A stretch of DNA of 55,393 nt from a bacterium. GTDB taxonomy: Bacteria; Bdellovibrionota; FAC87; UBA2466. A program made the translations under genes and the position numbers. Shown here in pieces: positions 36,619-46,547 of this stretch. The stretch is from contig RFNT01000117.1 in the NCBI GenBank assembly GCA_009927045.1, forward strand, positions 1-55,393, written 5' to 3'. How positions within the stretch are numbered: position 1 is the first letter of the stretch; the number at the start of each line of letters is the position of its first letter. Below the pieces are notes generated by a model that was not told where the DNA came from, searched no databases, and saw nothing but the letters and a program-made list of their open reading frames with translations.

Positions 36619-37269
36619 TTAAAGAATAAAGTCTGCAGTGCCTTTATCGGTCACTTTAACTTTCATTTCTTTTTCGCCCAATTTCTCATGCCATACAGCC
36701 ACTGTGTGTTCACCTGCGGGGACTCCCGTGATAGTGAACTTACCGTCTTTGTCAGTGACTGCGAAGAAAGCGTTGTCAAAAACGCCTACTACGGAATTCA
36801 TCCAACCGTGAACATCACATTTGAATTTGATGAATTCAGCTTTGGTGAATTTCTTTTCGATTGGGGCAGCACCAGCGACCATTCCAGCGTTGAATCCTTG
36901 GCTTTTTCCACTTTTTGCATTCACGTTGTGCATGGTGGGATCACTGTTCATGATTTTAAGTGGTTGTCCAACGAGTACGCCCACTGCATGAGGAGCATAA
37001 ACACAGCCTTTTTGATCAATTGTGGCTGCGGGACCCGGAGTACCCCCAGCAGGAGCTCCTTTTACGTATACAAAAGCATTTTGAAGCTTGGTCGCTTGAA
37101 CTTGGACCACTTCATTTGGAGCTTTGTTTTTGGGGCAATTAGGATCTGCTTTGTTCATTTGAGCACCAGCAGGCATCCCTTTGGCTTTCGGTGCGGTCAC
37201 CGAGCCGGTAATATCTGCTGCAAAACTCACCATGGTAAATACTGAGATTAAGCTAAGTAGGACTTTCAT
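36619..37269 (-). CDS. Secreted cupredoxin-like / carboxypeptidase-regulatory-like domain protein
   Basis: Signal peptide; IDQKGCVYAPH, NSDPTMHNV, KCDVHGWM (Cu ligands His, Cys, His, Met), VAVWHEKLG. ATG 37269 behind GAGGAG. Confidence 0.8.
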   Translation of the reverse strand: MKVLLSLISVFTMVSFAADITGSVTAPKAKGMPAGAQMNKADPNCPKNKAPNEVVQVQATKLQNAFVYVKGAPAGGTPGPAATIDQKGCVYAPHAVGVLVGQPLKIMNSDPTMHNVNAKSGKSQGFNAGMVAGAAPIEKKFTKAEFIKFKCDVHGWMNSVVGVFDNAFFAVTDKDGKFTITGVPAGEHTVAVWHEKLGEKEMKVKVTDKGTADFIL

Positions 37270-37302
37270 AGGTTCTCCTCTAGGTTGAATAAAGTACCCG
37301 AT

Positions 37303-37332
37303 ACTATAGGGGGTAACGCCTTGCTCCGGCAA
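37303..37332 (-). promoter_or_regulatory. Sigma-70-like promoter for the cupredoxin/heme A cluster
   Basis: Minus strand TTGCCG-18 bp-TATAGT. Confidence 0.45.
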
Positions 37333-37333
37333 G

Positions 37334-38963
37334 TCATTTGTCAGTGTAAGACCGGCAAGTAATGGGGATGCGGCGGCCGCTCCCAAAAGCTTTTGCGCTG
37401 ACTCGCAACACCGGGGGAAACTGGTGGCGTTTAAATTCGGAAACACGATGAAGTTGAGCAAAGGAACTGACCCACTTTTCCTCAAATCCAGCTGCCAGGA
37501 GTTCCTCGGGCCCCTTTTTATCCACTAGGCAGGCATCCACCAGAACATCCAAGACTGCATAGGGGGGCAAAGAGTCCTCATCTTTTTGATCCGGCCTGAG
37601 TTCGGCGCTGGGCGCCCTCTCAATGACCCGAAGCGGCAAAACCTCCGCAGAACGATTGCACCCTAGCGCTAAGGCCCTCACTTGCGTTTTGGTGAGATCT
37701 CCCAGCGGGGCCAAAGCCCCAGCGCTGTCTCCATAAAGCGTGGAATAGCCCGTAGCGATTTCACTCTTGTTGCTCGTATTTAAAAGCAACAACTGCTTTT
37801 CATTACAAAGAGCCATCAATACGGCCATTCGGATCCGTGGCTGAAGATTTTCAAGCGTGAGTCCAGAGGGACGAAGAGCTGCGAGAGTGGTCTCATAAGC
37901 TTGAAATACCGGCTCAATGGAGATTTCTTGAAAAGCAATTCCCAAACGTTGAGCTAAAGTTCTCGCATCTTCTCGACTGGCAGATGAAGTGAATCGGCTC
38001 GGTAAACTCACTCCCCAAACGTTTTCTTTTCCAAGAGCCGCCACTGCTAAGACAGCGGCCACGCTACTGTCGATGCCACCGCTCAAGCCAATGCAAGCTC
38101 GGCGCTGATGGGTTTTTTTTAAAGTAATCTTGCACGCCTAAAACTAAACTTTCCCATAACCAATCTTCAGAAGTAGCGGGGGGCGTGGAGATACCCGAAC
38201 TCACCCCAGACTCCCAAGTGATGGTGTGAGTTTTAAATGCGGGGGCTCGAGCCACTATTTCACCTTGAGCGTTTGCAATTAAACTCGAACCATCAAAAAT
38301 CAGCTCATCGTTTGCCCCCACTTGATTGCAGAAAAAAACAGGACAGTTCAACTCTTTAGCTACATCGCCCACTAATTTCTGGCGCACTTGAGGTTTTCCC
38401 AGTTCAAACGGAGATGCCGAAAGAACAAACAGCCCATTCAACCCCTGAGCTTTTAATTCTTTGAGCGGGTCTTCGAGATACTGAGTTTCGAGAAAACCGG
38501 ACTGATTCCAAATATCCTCACAAATGGCTAATCCAAACCGCTGGCCTTTCCACTCAAAACTTCCAGGCCGTGTTCCAGCCTCAAAGAATCTGTCCTCTTC
38601 GAAAATATCGTAACTGGGCAAAAGGCGTTTGTGATAAACGCAGATTTCTTTTTGGTCCCGATAGACGAATGCACTGTTATAAAATTTCTTACCGAATCCA
38701 GACTGATTCATCGCAAGCGCTCCAACAATCACAGTCAGCCCAGAAGAATTTTTCCGAATGGTTTCTAATGCGGTTTGATTTTCTCGATACAAGCGCGGGT
38801 AAGCCAGCAGATCCCGAGGGGGATAGCCAATCACAGCAAGTTCAGGAAATAAGATCCCGTCGCAGCCTGCGATCTTGGCCGCTTCGAGATGTCCCAAAAT
38901 CAACTGAAGATTTTGCTGAACATCGCCTACTCGGGGGTTGAATTGTGCAATTTGGAGTTTCAC
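37334..38963 (-). CDS. nadE: Glutamine-dependent NAD+ synthetase (frameshift in A8 run, 38113-38120)
   Basis: Nitrilase domain (FPELAVIGYPP, KRLLPSY, ICEDIW) plus synthetase domain (SGGIDSS, NLQPRIR, NKSE, GYSTLYGD, PSAELRPDQKD). Removing one A gives FKKTHQRRACIGLSGGIDS. Confidence 0.93.
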
Positions 38964-39013
38964 AAGCGCCAGCGGTTATAACCCAGTCCCCAGGAATTGC
39001 AACCGGGCGGCTT

Positions 39014-39042
39014 TTGACCTTGTGGGCTTTATCCAATAAAAT
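39014..39042 (+). promoter_or_regulatory. Sigma-70-like promoter for the CNNM gene pair
   Basis: TTGACC-17 bp-TAAAAT. Confidence 0.5.
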
Positions 39043-39069
39043 AGAACTCTTTAGCGGATAGGCACCGAT

Positions 39070-40087
39070 TTGGTCATACATATCTATATTGTTCTGATTC
39101 CCCTGGTTCTTCTCTTGGGAGCTCTGTTTGCAGCTGCGGAAGCAGCATTATTTTCTTTGAGTCAAACCCAATTGGAGTCCTTACGACGCTCACGCCCAAG
39201 CACTTACCGCGCCATCAATGCCCTGATTCGACGACCAGATGAGCTTTTGTCTACCATCGTAGTGGGTAATGAAGCATTGAGTATTTTAGTGGGGACTTTT
39301 GTAGTCTCCCTTTTGGAATTCTATTTTGGAAAATGGAATGAAACAGCAACCTCTTTGCTGGGATTCTCACGTCGACTTTCTTGCTGCTCCTTTTTCAGAA
39401 ATTTTACCCAAAGTGCTCGCATTTCGAATGCCAGTACTGACTGCATCTCTTTTGGTTCATCCAGCAACTTGGATCCATGCATTCCTCACCCCATTCAGAA
39501 AACTACTGCAGGGGATCGCTAAGAGAACCATTCAATTGTTTGGACTGAGTACAGCTCCTCCTGCTGCTCTTTCTGAAAAAGATTTTTTAACACTCGTTGA
39601 AGTGGGTGCTGAGACAGGAAGCTTAGAACGCGCTGAAACGGAAATGATTTACAATGTGTTTCACCTAGGCGACCAAACAGTTTCTCACGTTATGACTCCG
39701 TGGAAATCTGTTTTTCAACTCTCCGATCAACTCAATGTTCAGGAAGTGCTCGCCAAGGTGAGAACAAAAACATTTTCGCGCATTCCCGTAGTCGCCAAGA
39801 AAGATGGACACTTAGTAGGCGTCCTGTACACAAAAGAACTTCTCAACCTGCTTCTTACAACACCACAAAAAGCTCAGGAAGAATATCTCTCGAGTGCCAT
39901 TTTTCCACCGTACTATGTTTCAACGCACAAAAAAGTATCCCGTCTCTTCAGGGAATTTAGAACTAAAAAAGTACACATGGCGATTGTAGTTGATGAATAT
40001 GGGAGACACTTGGGTGTAGTCACTCTTGAAGACATACTGAATGCTATTTTTAAAACCCAGCTCAAGACCACGGAGAACATGCCATGA
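39070..40087 (+). CDS. CNNM/CorB (HlyC/TlyC) family protein, DUF21 + CBS pair (indels around 39345-39395)
   Basis: FAAAEAALFSL, LLSTIVVGN, SEILPK, FSRIPV, HMAIVVDEYG..GVVTLEDIL, split over two ORFs. Confidence 0.85.
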
Positions 40088-41322
40088 TGCCACTCCTCGG
40101 CTTAGGTTTTTTCGTGCTCGTAGCCCTGCTTCTCGAGGCTTTCTTTTCAGGATCTGAAATTGCTTTTATTTCTGCTAGCCGTCCTAAACTTTACAAAAAA
40201 GCCAAAGAAAATATCCCTAATGCTCTTCTCGCAAAATTCTTGATTGCCAAGCCCGAACGGCTTTTTTCAACCACGGTGGTGGGAACGAATCTCTGTATGA
40301 ATTTAGTCACCACACTGGTTACGCTTTATACCATTCAAAGATATGGAATTGATAATGGTTGGATCAGTGCAGTCCTTCTCACTCCTCTCATACTGATTTT
40401 CGGAGAGTTTATTCCAAAATACATTGCACGGTCGCGAGCAGATGATTTAGTGCTGCGCTTGGCACGCCCGTTAAGTTTTGCAAGCGTGGTACTTTCTCCG
40501 CTCACCAAAGTTTTTGGGTTCTATGCAAAACTTCTAAAAGCATTGTTGGGGGAAAATACAGACAAGAGCTTTTTCCTCTCTCGAGAGGAAATTCAGGCAG
40601 CGCTTCCGTCAAGCCGCGGCTCTGACGTTACTCAGGCAGAGCGAAAACTCATTGCTCGAATTCTCAATTTTAATCAAATGACTGTGAAAGAAATGTTCAG
40701 GCCTTTGATTGAGGTTATTGCTGTAGAACAAGATCAGCCACTTGCTGAAGCTGTAAGGCTTTTTACAGAATCAGGGCATTCTCGATTACCGGTTTACGAA
40801 GAACGTATTGATAACATTGTGGGCGTTATTCAAGGATTTGATTGTTTAAGAGCTGCTGATTTACAGCAACCAGTTAAAAGCGCGATGCAGCCAGCGCTGT
40901 TTGTTCCTGAAAGTAAGCCTGTAGATGAATTACTGAGTGAATTGAAGACTCGTCCCATGGCTATTGTAGTGAATGAATTTGGTGGAGCAGATGGAATCAT
41001 TACCATGGAAGATGTGATGGAAGAAGTCGTAGGGGAAATTGAAGATGAATACGACGAGCCCCCGCAACTTTACCGGAAGAGTAGCGAGAATACTTATATT
41101 GTTTCCGCTCGAATTGAAATGGACGACTTACGAGAACTGCTCAGGCTTCCTTTGCCAAGTGATGAAGATTACCAAACCCTAGGTGGATTCTTGCTGAAAC
41201 ACATGCAAAAGATTCCCAAGAAATGGGACTCCACCCTCATTGATGGGGTGGAGTACATCATTCAATCTGCAACCGATAGATCAATAGAAGAAGTTTACCT
41301 CATTGTTCACCAGCGCCCGTAG
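40084..41322 (+). CDS. CNNM/CorB hemolysin-family protein (DUF21-CBS-CorC)
   Basis: [59 protein letters not shown]. Confidence 0.93.
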   Translation: MMPLLGLGFFVLVALLLEAFFSGSEIAFISASRPKLYKKAKENIPNALLAKFLIAKPERLFSTTVVGTNLCMNLVTTLVTLYTIQRYGIDNGWISAVLLTPLILIFGEFIPKYIARSRADDLVLRLARPLSFASVVLSPLTKVFGFYAKLLKALLGENTDKSFFLSREEIQAALPSSRGSDVTQAERKLIARILNFNQMTVKEMFRPLIEVIAVEQDQPLAEAVRLFTESGHSRLPVYEERIDNIVGVIQGFDCLRAADLQQPVKSAMQPALFVPESKPVDELLSELKTRPMAIVVNEFGGADGIITMEDVMEEVVGEIEDEYDEPPQLYRKSSENTYIVSARIEMDDLRELLRLPLPSDEDYQTLGGFLLKHMQKIPKKWDSTLIDGVEYIIQSATDRSIEEVYLIVHQRP

Positions 41323-41336
41323 GGATTATAACCAGA

Positions 41337-42872
41337 TCATTTTCGAAGATAGAGTGAATACACCTGGTTCCAATTATTTTCTATCTGTCCCTCTTGTGAG
41401 TACTGCTCTTGAAATTTTTTTCGTTCCTGATCGGAGGAGAACAGAACGCCCACATTAAATCCAACATTTTTTTCCACTTCTCCTCTACGAAGAACAATAT
41501 ATTGTGGTTGGAATTTTTCAACTGCACCAAAAAACCAACTCAACTTCCCCGACTTTCTCATTTCGAGGATTTCGGGCGATACTAAACCGGCTAAATCATA
41601 AACATGATTGCAGTCGGAAAAAAATCCAATGTACCCAATGGGTTCTAACATCACGGAACGACAGCCTGCCTTTTTTAAAAATAGTCCGAGATGAAGACCA
41701 GGGGAGTTCAGATCTCCTAAAACGAAAAACCCCGAATATCCAATAATGTGCATCAGTAGTATCCCGCCGTACACCCCTAAGACAATCGCGCTCGATATGG
41801 GTTTGCGAACCAGTTCAATCAGAATGGGTGTCATAACACCGAAAAAAATGAAGCACGGTATATGGCCGTACCATGGATACACTCCCGCTCCACCCAATGT
41901 TAGAAATAAAGAGTAGGTCAGTAAATACAGAAAGGCTCCCAGAAGCGCTGTTTTTTGATTGGTTCTCATAGCTCGCCACCGCAATACAGCAGTGAGAACC
42001 GCACCCAAAAAGCTCGCGTGATAGACCAGTTGAAATACCCACTTATATTTTTGAGGCCACGGGAAATTCAACCTCAGTAACTGATAAACTTTCTCTAGCC
42101 AGACCTTATAAAACATTGGACTGATAAAATTTATTTCACTTTGGAAACTTCCCTTAGCCAGCATCGAATGGGGGAAATAATAGCCGTATTTCTTTTTGCA
42201 AATCCAAAGGCACCCCAGAGTCAAAAAACTAACAACAACACCTGCAGTGAAAAGAGGCCTCCATTTTCTTTCCTGGTTAAGAAATAAGTAGGCTAATCCA
42301 AAGGAGCCGATAAAAAATACTGCGTCTAATCTTAATAACAGTATTGCTTGGGCTAATAACACAACCATTAACCACTTGTTTTTCGTTTGTTCATTGCTCA
42401 CAAGTGCAATCCAAAACAACGCACAGAAAAGGATGAGTGGGCCCGTCTCCATGCCCATCGTAAAAAAATCAGCGGTGCTTGGAGCTAGAATCAAAGCGAA
42501 AAAAAGAAGCACTGATAAAAATCGTGAACCCGGAAACCAGTATCGACTCCACCAATAAAGTCCTAGAAGTCCCATCATGCCCCCAAAAAGGGAGATCAGA
42601 TTACCTTGAGTTTCATCCGATATTGGGAGCAGAAATATCCAAGTCGTTAATAGGGCCCACAAAGGTGTTGTCGTACCCAAAACGTTTTGATCTTGGTTAA
42701 ATACAAGACCGATTCCTCGGACCAAATTCCGAGAATGTCTTGCAGTAATAAATGAATCATCTATTACGGTCTGCCTTTGAACTAAATAGGGAATGGCCAG
42801 TAAAAGAGTTGCCAAAACAGCCAGCAGTACCAGTGTTGTTCTTTTTAAATAATAGGTTTTAGAAAAAGGCAT
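41337..42872 (-). CDS. Polytopic membrane protein, probable GT-C-fold glycosyltransferase
   Basis: DDSFITARHSRNL..GLVFN..GTTTPLW, GMETG, RLDA, IGYIGF, DLAGLVSP; many TMs. Start set to ATG 42872. Confidence 0.65.
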   Translation of the reverse strand: MPFSKTYYLKRTTLVLLAVLATLLLAIPYLVQRQTVIDDSFITARHSRNLVRGIGLVFNQDQNVLGTTTPLWALLTTWIFLLPISDETQGNLISLFGGMMGLLGLYWWSRYWFPGSRFLSVLLFFALILAPSTADFFTMGMETGPLILFCALFWIALVSNEQTKNKWLMVVLLAQAILLLRLDAVFFIGSFGLAYLFLNQERKWRPLFTAGVVVSFLTLGCLWICKKKYGYYFPHSMLAKGSFQSEINFISPMFYKVWLEKVYQLLRLNFPWPQKYKWVFQLVYHASFLGAVLTAVLRWRAMRTNQKTALLGAFLYLLTYSLFLTLGGAGVYPWYGHIPCFIFFGVMTPILIELVRKPISSAIVLGVYGGILLMHIIGYSGFFVLGDLNSPGLHLGLFLKKAGCRSVMLEPIGYIGFFSDCNHVYDLAGLVSPEILEMRKSGKLSWFFGAVEKFQPQYIVLRRGEVEKNVGFNVGVLFSSDQERKKFQEQYSQEGQIENNWNQVYSLYLRK

Positions 42873-42938
42873 GATCTTGTGCCCATGTATTTTAACATGG
42901 GCACGGCAAATTATAAGATTGAATGAGGACTTGATTGA

Positions 42939-42959
42939 GTCGGCGCCTTTGGCGCCGAC
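42939..42959 (-). terminator. GC-rich hairpin just after the 42962 stop
   Basis: GTCGGCGCC-TTT-GGCGCCGAC perfect 9-bp stem; no clear U-tract. Confidence 0.45.
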
Positions 42960-42961
42960 CA

Positions 42962-43444
42962 TTACCAGTCGAAATTCAATTCTTCGTCAAAATCCTCAAC
43001 GCGATCCAAGCTCACTCCACCATCTTCCCGAAAAACTCCACTGCTAGAAGGCGAAGAAACACGAATCCCTGTATCGTACTCCAGGTTTTCATTCTCCGAT
43101 GGATAGGCGTAAGGATCATCTTGCTGTTCTTCGCTATAAGGTTGGTAGTCGACCATGTTTTTTGGTCTTCTCCCACGACGACCCCTGGGTTTAGAAAAAG
43201 CAGGGTTCTTTGCTTGCTCTGCTTTTCTTTTCTCAATAGTGGCCAGCAACTTTTCGGAGATTTTCTTCTTGCTCTCCTCAGCACTGGCTACCGGAGCCGC
43301 CATCACCTGAACAGGCTTGATGGTTTTTGTTTTAGCAATACGAACCGCTGGTTTTGTTTTTGGCGCCAGCTTGGTTCGTGGCTTTTTTGTTACTTTGGCT
43401 TTTTTAACGCCTCTGCCGACTTTTGACTTTACAGCTCTGGCCAT
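42962..43444 (-). CDS. Hypothetical protein with basic N-terminus, AT-hook-like motif and acidic tail
   Basis: K-rich N-terminus, PRGRRGRRPK, tail DRVEDFDEELNFDW. ATG 43444 behind GGAGG. Confidence 0.75.
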   Translation of the reverse strand: MARAVKSKVGRGVKKAKVTKKPRTKLAPKTKPAVRIAKTKTIKPVQVMAAPVASAEESKKKISEKLLATIEKRKAEQAKNPAFSKPRGRRGRRPKNMVDYQPYSEEQQDDPYAYPSENENLEYDTGIRVSSPSSSGVFREDGGVSLDRVEDFDEELNFDW

Positions 43445-43625
43445 AAGCCCCCCTCCCATGACCCAGTACTGCGATCAGATTTTTTTACTGTTATATGTCA
43501 GTCTTAAAAGACGATTACTTAAGATCCAGTGATAATGGGTTTTTTCTTTAAAATCAATATTAAAACTCGACAAGCCATTCGAGTTTAGGCATTTTTTTCC
43601 AATAAATTTTTTATTCGGAGGAACT

Positions 43626-43946
43626 ATGGCCAAGAAAAAAGCAGCGAAAAAGAAATCGCGCAAGGCAGCAAAAAAGAAAACAACTAAGAAAAAAGTCGCA
43701 AAAAAGAGACCTGTTAAGAAGAAGAAAGTTGCTAAAAAGAAAGCTGTGAAGAAAAAAGCAGCGAAACGATCTTCTCCAAAACGCGCTCCTAAAAAACGCC
43801 CCGCACCAAAAACTGCAGCTCGAAAACCTGCAGTGGAAGTGGTTGAAGAGGAAGAAGGCATGGTCACCACGGTGGCTGGCCTAGCTTCAGGATTTGGAGC
43901 TTCTTCGCTCTATCAATCCCATCAAGGGAACGGTTTCGAAGAATAA
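43626..43946 (+). CDS. Lysine/alanine-rich histone H1-like protein
   Basis: MAKKKAAKKKSRKAAKKKTTKKKVAKK...; SD GGAGG; followed by a terminator. Confidence 0.75.
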   Translation: MAKKKAAKKKSRKAAKKKTTKKKVAKKRPVKKKKVAKKKAVKKKAAKRSSPKRAPKKRPAPKTAARKPAVEVVEEEEGMVTTVAGLASGFGASSLYQSHQGNGFEE

Positions 43947-43964
43947 AACCTGTGGATTGTTTTT

Positions 43965-43995
43965 AAAAGGCACTCTGTAAAGAGTGCCTTTTTTT
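43965..43995. terminator. Bidirectional intrinsic terminator
   Basis: AAAAGGCACTCT-GTAA-AGAGTGCCTTTTTTT between convergent genes. Confidence 0.85.
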
Positions 43996-45244
43996 ATTTG
44001 AGAAACTTTCTAACGGCATTGAGAGCAAAAGAGGCCGCTCCCCACTGCAAAAGAGCTCGCGACCGTGGGGGAAGTCCAATGCGCTCTGTCAGCAGTTTTC
44101 CTTCCCTATTGGCCACCGCAATCCAGACAGTCCCGAGAGGCTCATCTGCTGTTCCTCCTGTGGGACCCATGTAACCGGTAATTCCAAGAGCAATGTCACA
44201 CCCACTTTTTGCCAAGGCCGCTTGGGCTAATTGAACAGAACACTGCTGAGAAACTGCGTCAGTGGATTGGTTTAGCCTGATGCCTAACATGTCTTGTTTA
44301 GCAGCGATTTGATAAGTCACAAATCCTCCCCACACCCAATCAGAAGCTCCAGAGATTTGAGTGAGTCTTTGGACGACAAGCCCGCCAGTGCACGATTCAG
44401 CACACACGATATTTTTCTTTTTTGATTTCAGCAAATCAAGAACCCAAGTTTCAAGATCTCTATCCTCTCGACCATAACAGAACGGCTCCAGCCGAGATTC
44501 GATTTCAGGTTTCCACTTCTCAATGAGGCTCTTTCTTTTCTGAGGATCCGGAGCATGACAATATAAATAGAGATAATTCTCCGGAAAGCGAGTCCGGTAT
44601 CCCAACCACATACCGTCAGGCAGCGAAGACTCTATCGGGTCCATCAATCGCTGAACCTCCGATTCTACAATTCCAATACAACGCCACACACAGCTTTCAA
44701 CTTCGCCTGAGACAGGAGAATTTCTTTTAATTACTGACATCACACTGTGATGAAACATGGGCTTCATTTCATCGGGAACTCCTGGAAGGAAAAAAAACTG
44801 GCACTGCCCCAATGAAATTCTGAACCCTGGCGCTGCTCCCACAAAGTTGGGAATCACTTCACTACCCTCGGGCACTCGCACTTGCTTCAAGGTCTGTTCA
44901 GTCAGCGATCTTTGGCGCGAATTGAGATAGGCAATGAGTCGTTCTCGAGAGGCAGGATCTTCTACCAATGGCTTTTGAATCAACTCGGCTACTACTGCCG
45001 CGGTAATGTCATCGGATGTGGGCCCTAAGCCACCAAAACAAACCACTACGTGGGCGCGAGCAGCCAACTCGCCAATGGCTGACTGGATGGCTTTTTTTTC
45101 ATCGGGAATCACATTCTGGCGGGAAAGACGGAACCCGTTTTCAAAAAGCGCCCCTCCAACAAAAGCAGAGTTCGAGTCCGCTATTTTTCCAGTGAGTAAC
45201 TCATCTCCGATGGCTAGAGTTTCAACAATGAGCAGACTATTCAA
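43994..45244 (-). CDS. cinA: CinA-family protein (molybdopterin-binding-like domain + NMN deamidase PncC)
   Basis: IGDELLTG..DSNS, GGLGPTSDDIT, LPGVPDEM, AESCTGG, GITGYMGP. Confidence 0.93.
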   Translation of the reverse strand: MNSLLIVETLAIGDELLTGKIADSNSAFVGGALFENGFRLSRQNVIPDEKKAIQSAIGELAARAHVVVCFGGLGPTSDDITAAVVAELIQKPLVEDPASRERLIAYLNSRQRSLTEQTLKQVRVPEGSEVIPNFVGAAPGFRISLGQCQFFFLPGVPDEMKPMFHHSVMSVIKRNSPVSGEVESCVWRCIGIVESEVQRLMDPIESSLPDGMWLGYRTRFPENYLYLYCHAPDPQKRKSLIEKWKPEIESRLEPFCYGREDRDLETWVLDLLKSKKKNIVCAESCTGGLVVQRLTQISGASDWVWGGFVTYQIAAKQDMLGIRLNQSTDAVSQQCSVQLAQAALAKSGCDIALGITGYMGPTGGTADEPLGTVWIAVANREGKLLTERIGLPPRSRALLQWGAASFALNAVRKFLK

Positions 45245-45263
45245 GAGAGGACTGTCCTTTCAG

Positions 45264-45650
45264 CTAGGATTTTTTTCGAACGATCACTTTCTTTTCAAGT
45301 TTCTTTCGTTCTTCCTCACGCACTTTTGCAGCTTCCAGCTTTCTTGTTTCCATTTCGGAGTGAAGTACTTTTAATTTTTCTAACCACTTGGGTAACTCTT
45401 CCACATCCGTTACTTGAAAGCGCACCATTTCTTTTAAACAACTCGATGCCACGAGCATTTTTTTTCCTGCTCGATTTTTAATGACAAATAAATCCATGGC
45501 ATGTGGCTCTCCACACAATTCACAGCCATGAGGTTCCTCGTAACAATGGCCGCTCACGCACGTCACCAAAGGTGTCCCTTCAATGAAAGCTTGCATGCGC
45601 ACTGCCATTTTTCTTCTCAAGCGCTCTTTTTCAAGTGGATCCAAAGCCAT
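45264..45650 (-). CDS. Hypothetical protein with CxxC motif and C-terminal coiled coil
   Basis: 128-aa ORF filling the gap, co-oriented with cinA; GCELCGEPH...SSCL. Confidence 0.65.
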   Translation of the reverse strand: MALDPLEKERLRRKMAVRMQAFIEGTPLVTCVSGHCYEEPHGCELCGEPHAMDLFVIKNRAGKKMLVASSCLKEMVRFQVTDVEELPKWLEKLKVLHSEMETRKLEAAKVREEERKKLEKKVIVRKKS

Positions 45651-45748
45651 AACGGGCTACAGGTGTACCAAAGGGTCTGTTCTGAATCAACTTGAAGGGT
45701 ATTTGCTCGCCTACTGGCGTTTAAAGGGGACTCGTGTTAGGAGCGGGT

Positions 45749-46546
45749 ATGGCTGATTCTCGCCCTATTGGTGTTTTTGATTCGGGCTTAGGCGGCCTCT
45801 CAGTTTTGAGAGAGTTGAGCTTAGCAATGCCCCAAGAGCGTTTCATTTATTTAGGTGACATCGCTCGACTGCCTTACGGTACCAAATCCCAAGCAGTTGT
45901 ATCTAAATATTCAATATCTTGTGGGAATTTCCTGGTTCAGCAAGGGATCAAAGCGCTCGTAGTGGCTTGCAATACGGCTTCAGCACTCGCTTTACCTCTC
46001 TTGCAACAAGAATTAGGGATTCCCGTAGTGGGTGTGATTGAACCCGGTGTTTCTGCGGCGTTATCGGTGCCCTCTGAGGAAACCATTTTAGTCTTGGCAA
46101 CGGAAGGAACGGTAAAAAGCGAAGCTTACTTGCAGGCGTTTGCTCGTAGAAATCCTTCCCGGCACGTGATTCAGCTGGCCTGTCCGCTGCTTGTACCTTT
46201 AGCTGAAGAAGGCTGGTTTGAGCATTCCATTACGGAGTCCGTGATCCGAACTTATTTATCTCAAGTCAAAGCACATTCCTATGGAGTCGTTTTATTAGGA
46301 TGTACTCATTATCCACTTTTAGAAAAAAGTTTCTCTCATGTTCTTGAATCTGGAAAACAAAGTGTTCATGGCGCTCATATTCTCGCCCAAGAACTGCATC
46401 AGTTACTTCGAGAAAAAAACTTACTGACCTCTCAACCCAATACCCAGGGAATTCAGTTTTTCTCTACCGATCGAATCAAAACATCACTCCCTATCCTTCG
46501 AGCACTTTTTCAGGAAGATATTCACTTTTCGCTCGTAGATCTTTAA
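45749..46546 (+). CDS. murI: Glutamate racemase
   Basis: IGVFDSGLGGLSV, PYGTK, VACNTAS, LGCTHYP. Confidence 0.96.
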   Translation: MADSRPIGVFDSGLGGLSVLRELSLAMPQERFIYLGDIARLPYGTKSQAVVSKYSISCGNFLVQQGIKALVVACNTASALALPLLQQELGIPVVGVIEPGVSAALSVPSEETILVLATEGTVKSEAYLQAFARRNPSRHVIQLACPLLVPLAEEGWFEHSITESVIRTYLSQVKAHSYGVVLLGCTHYPLLEKSFSHVLESGKQSVHGAHILAQELHQLLREKNLLTSQPNTQGIQFFSTDRIKTSLPILRALFQEDIHFSLVDL

Positions 46547-46547
46547 T

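Noticed and set aside
38113-38120. Programmed frameshift or phase variation at the A8 run in nadE
   Set aside because: Six other genes show similar indels, and I know no precedent for recoding in nadE; assembly error is simpler. Not excluded without reads.
43626-43830. CRISPR or tandem DNA repeat in the A-rich stretch
   Set aside because: The low complexity is explained by lysine codons; there is no constant repeat-spacer periodicity.
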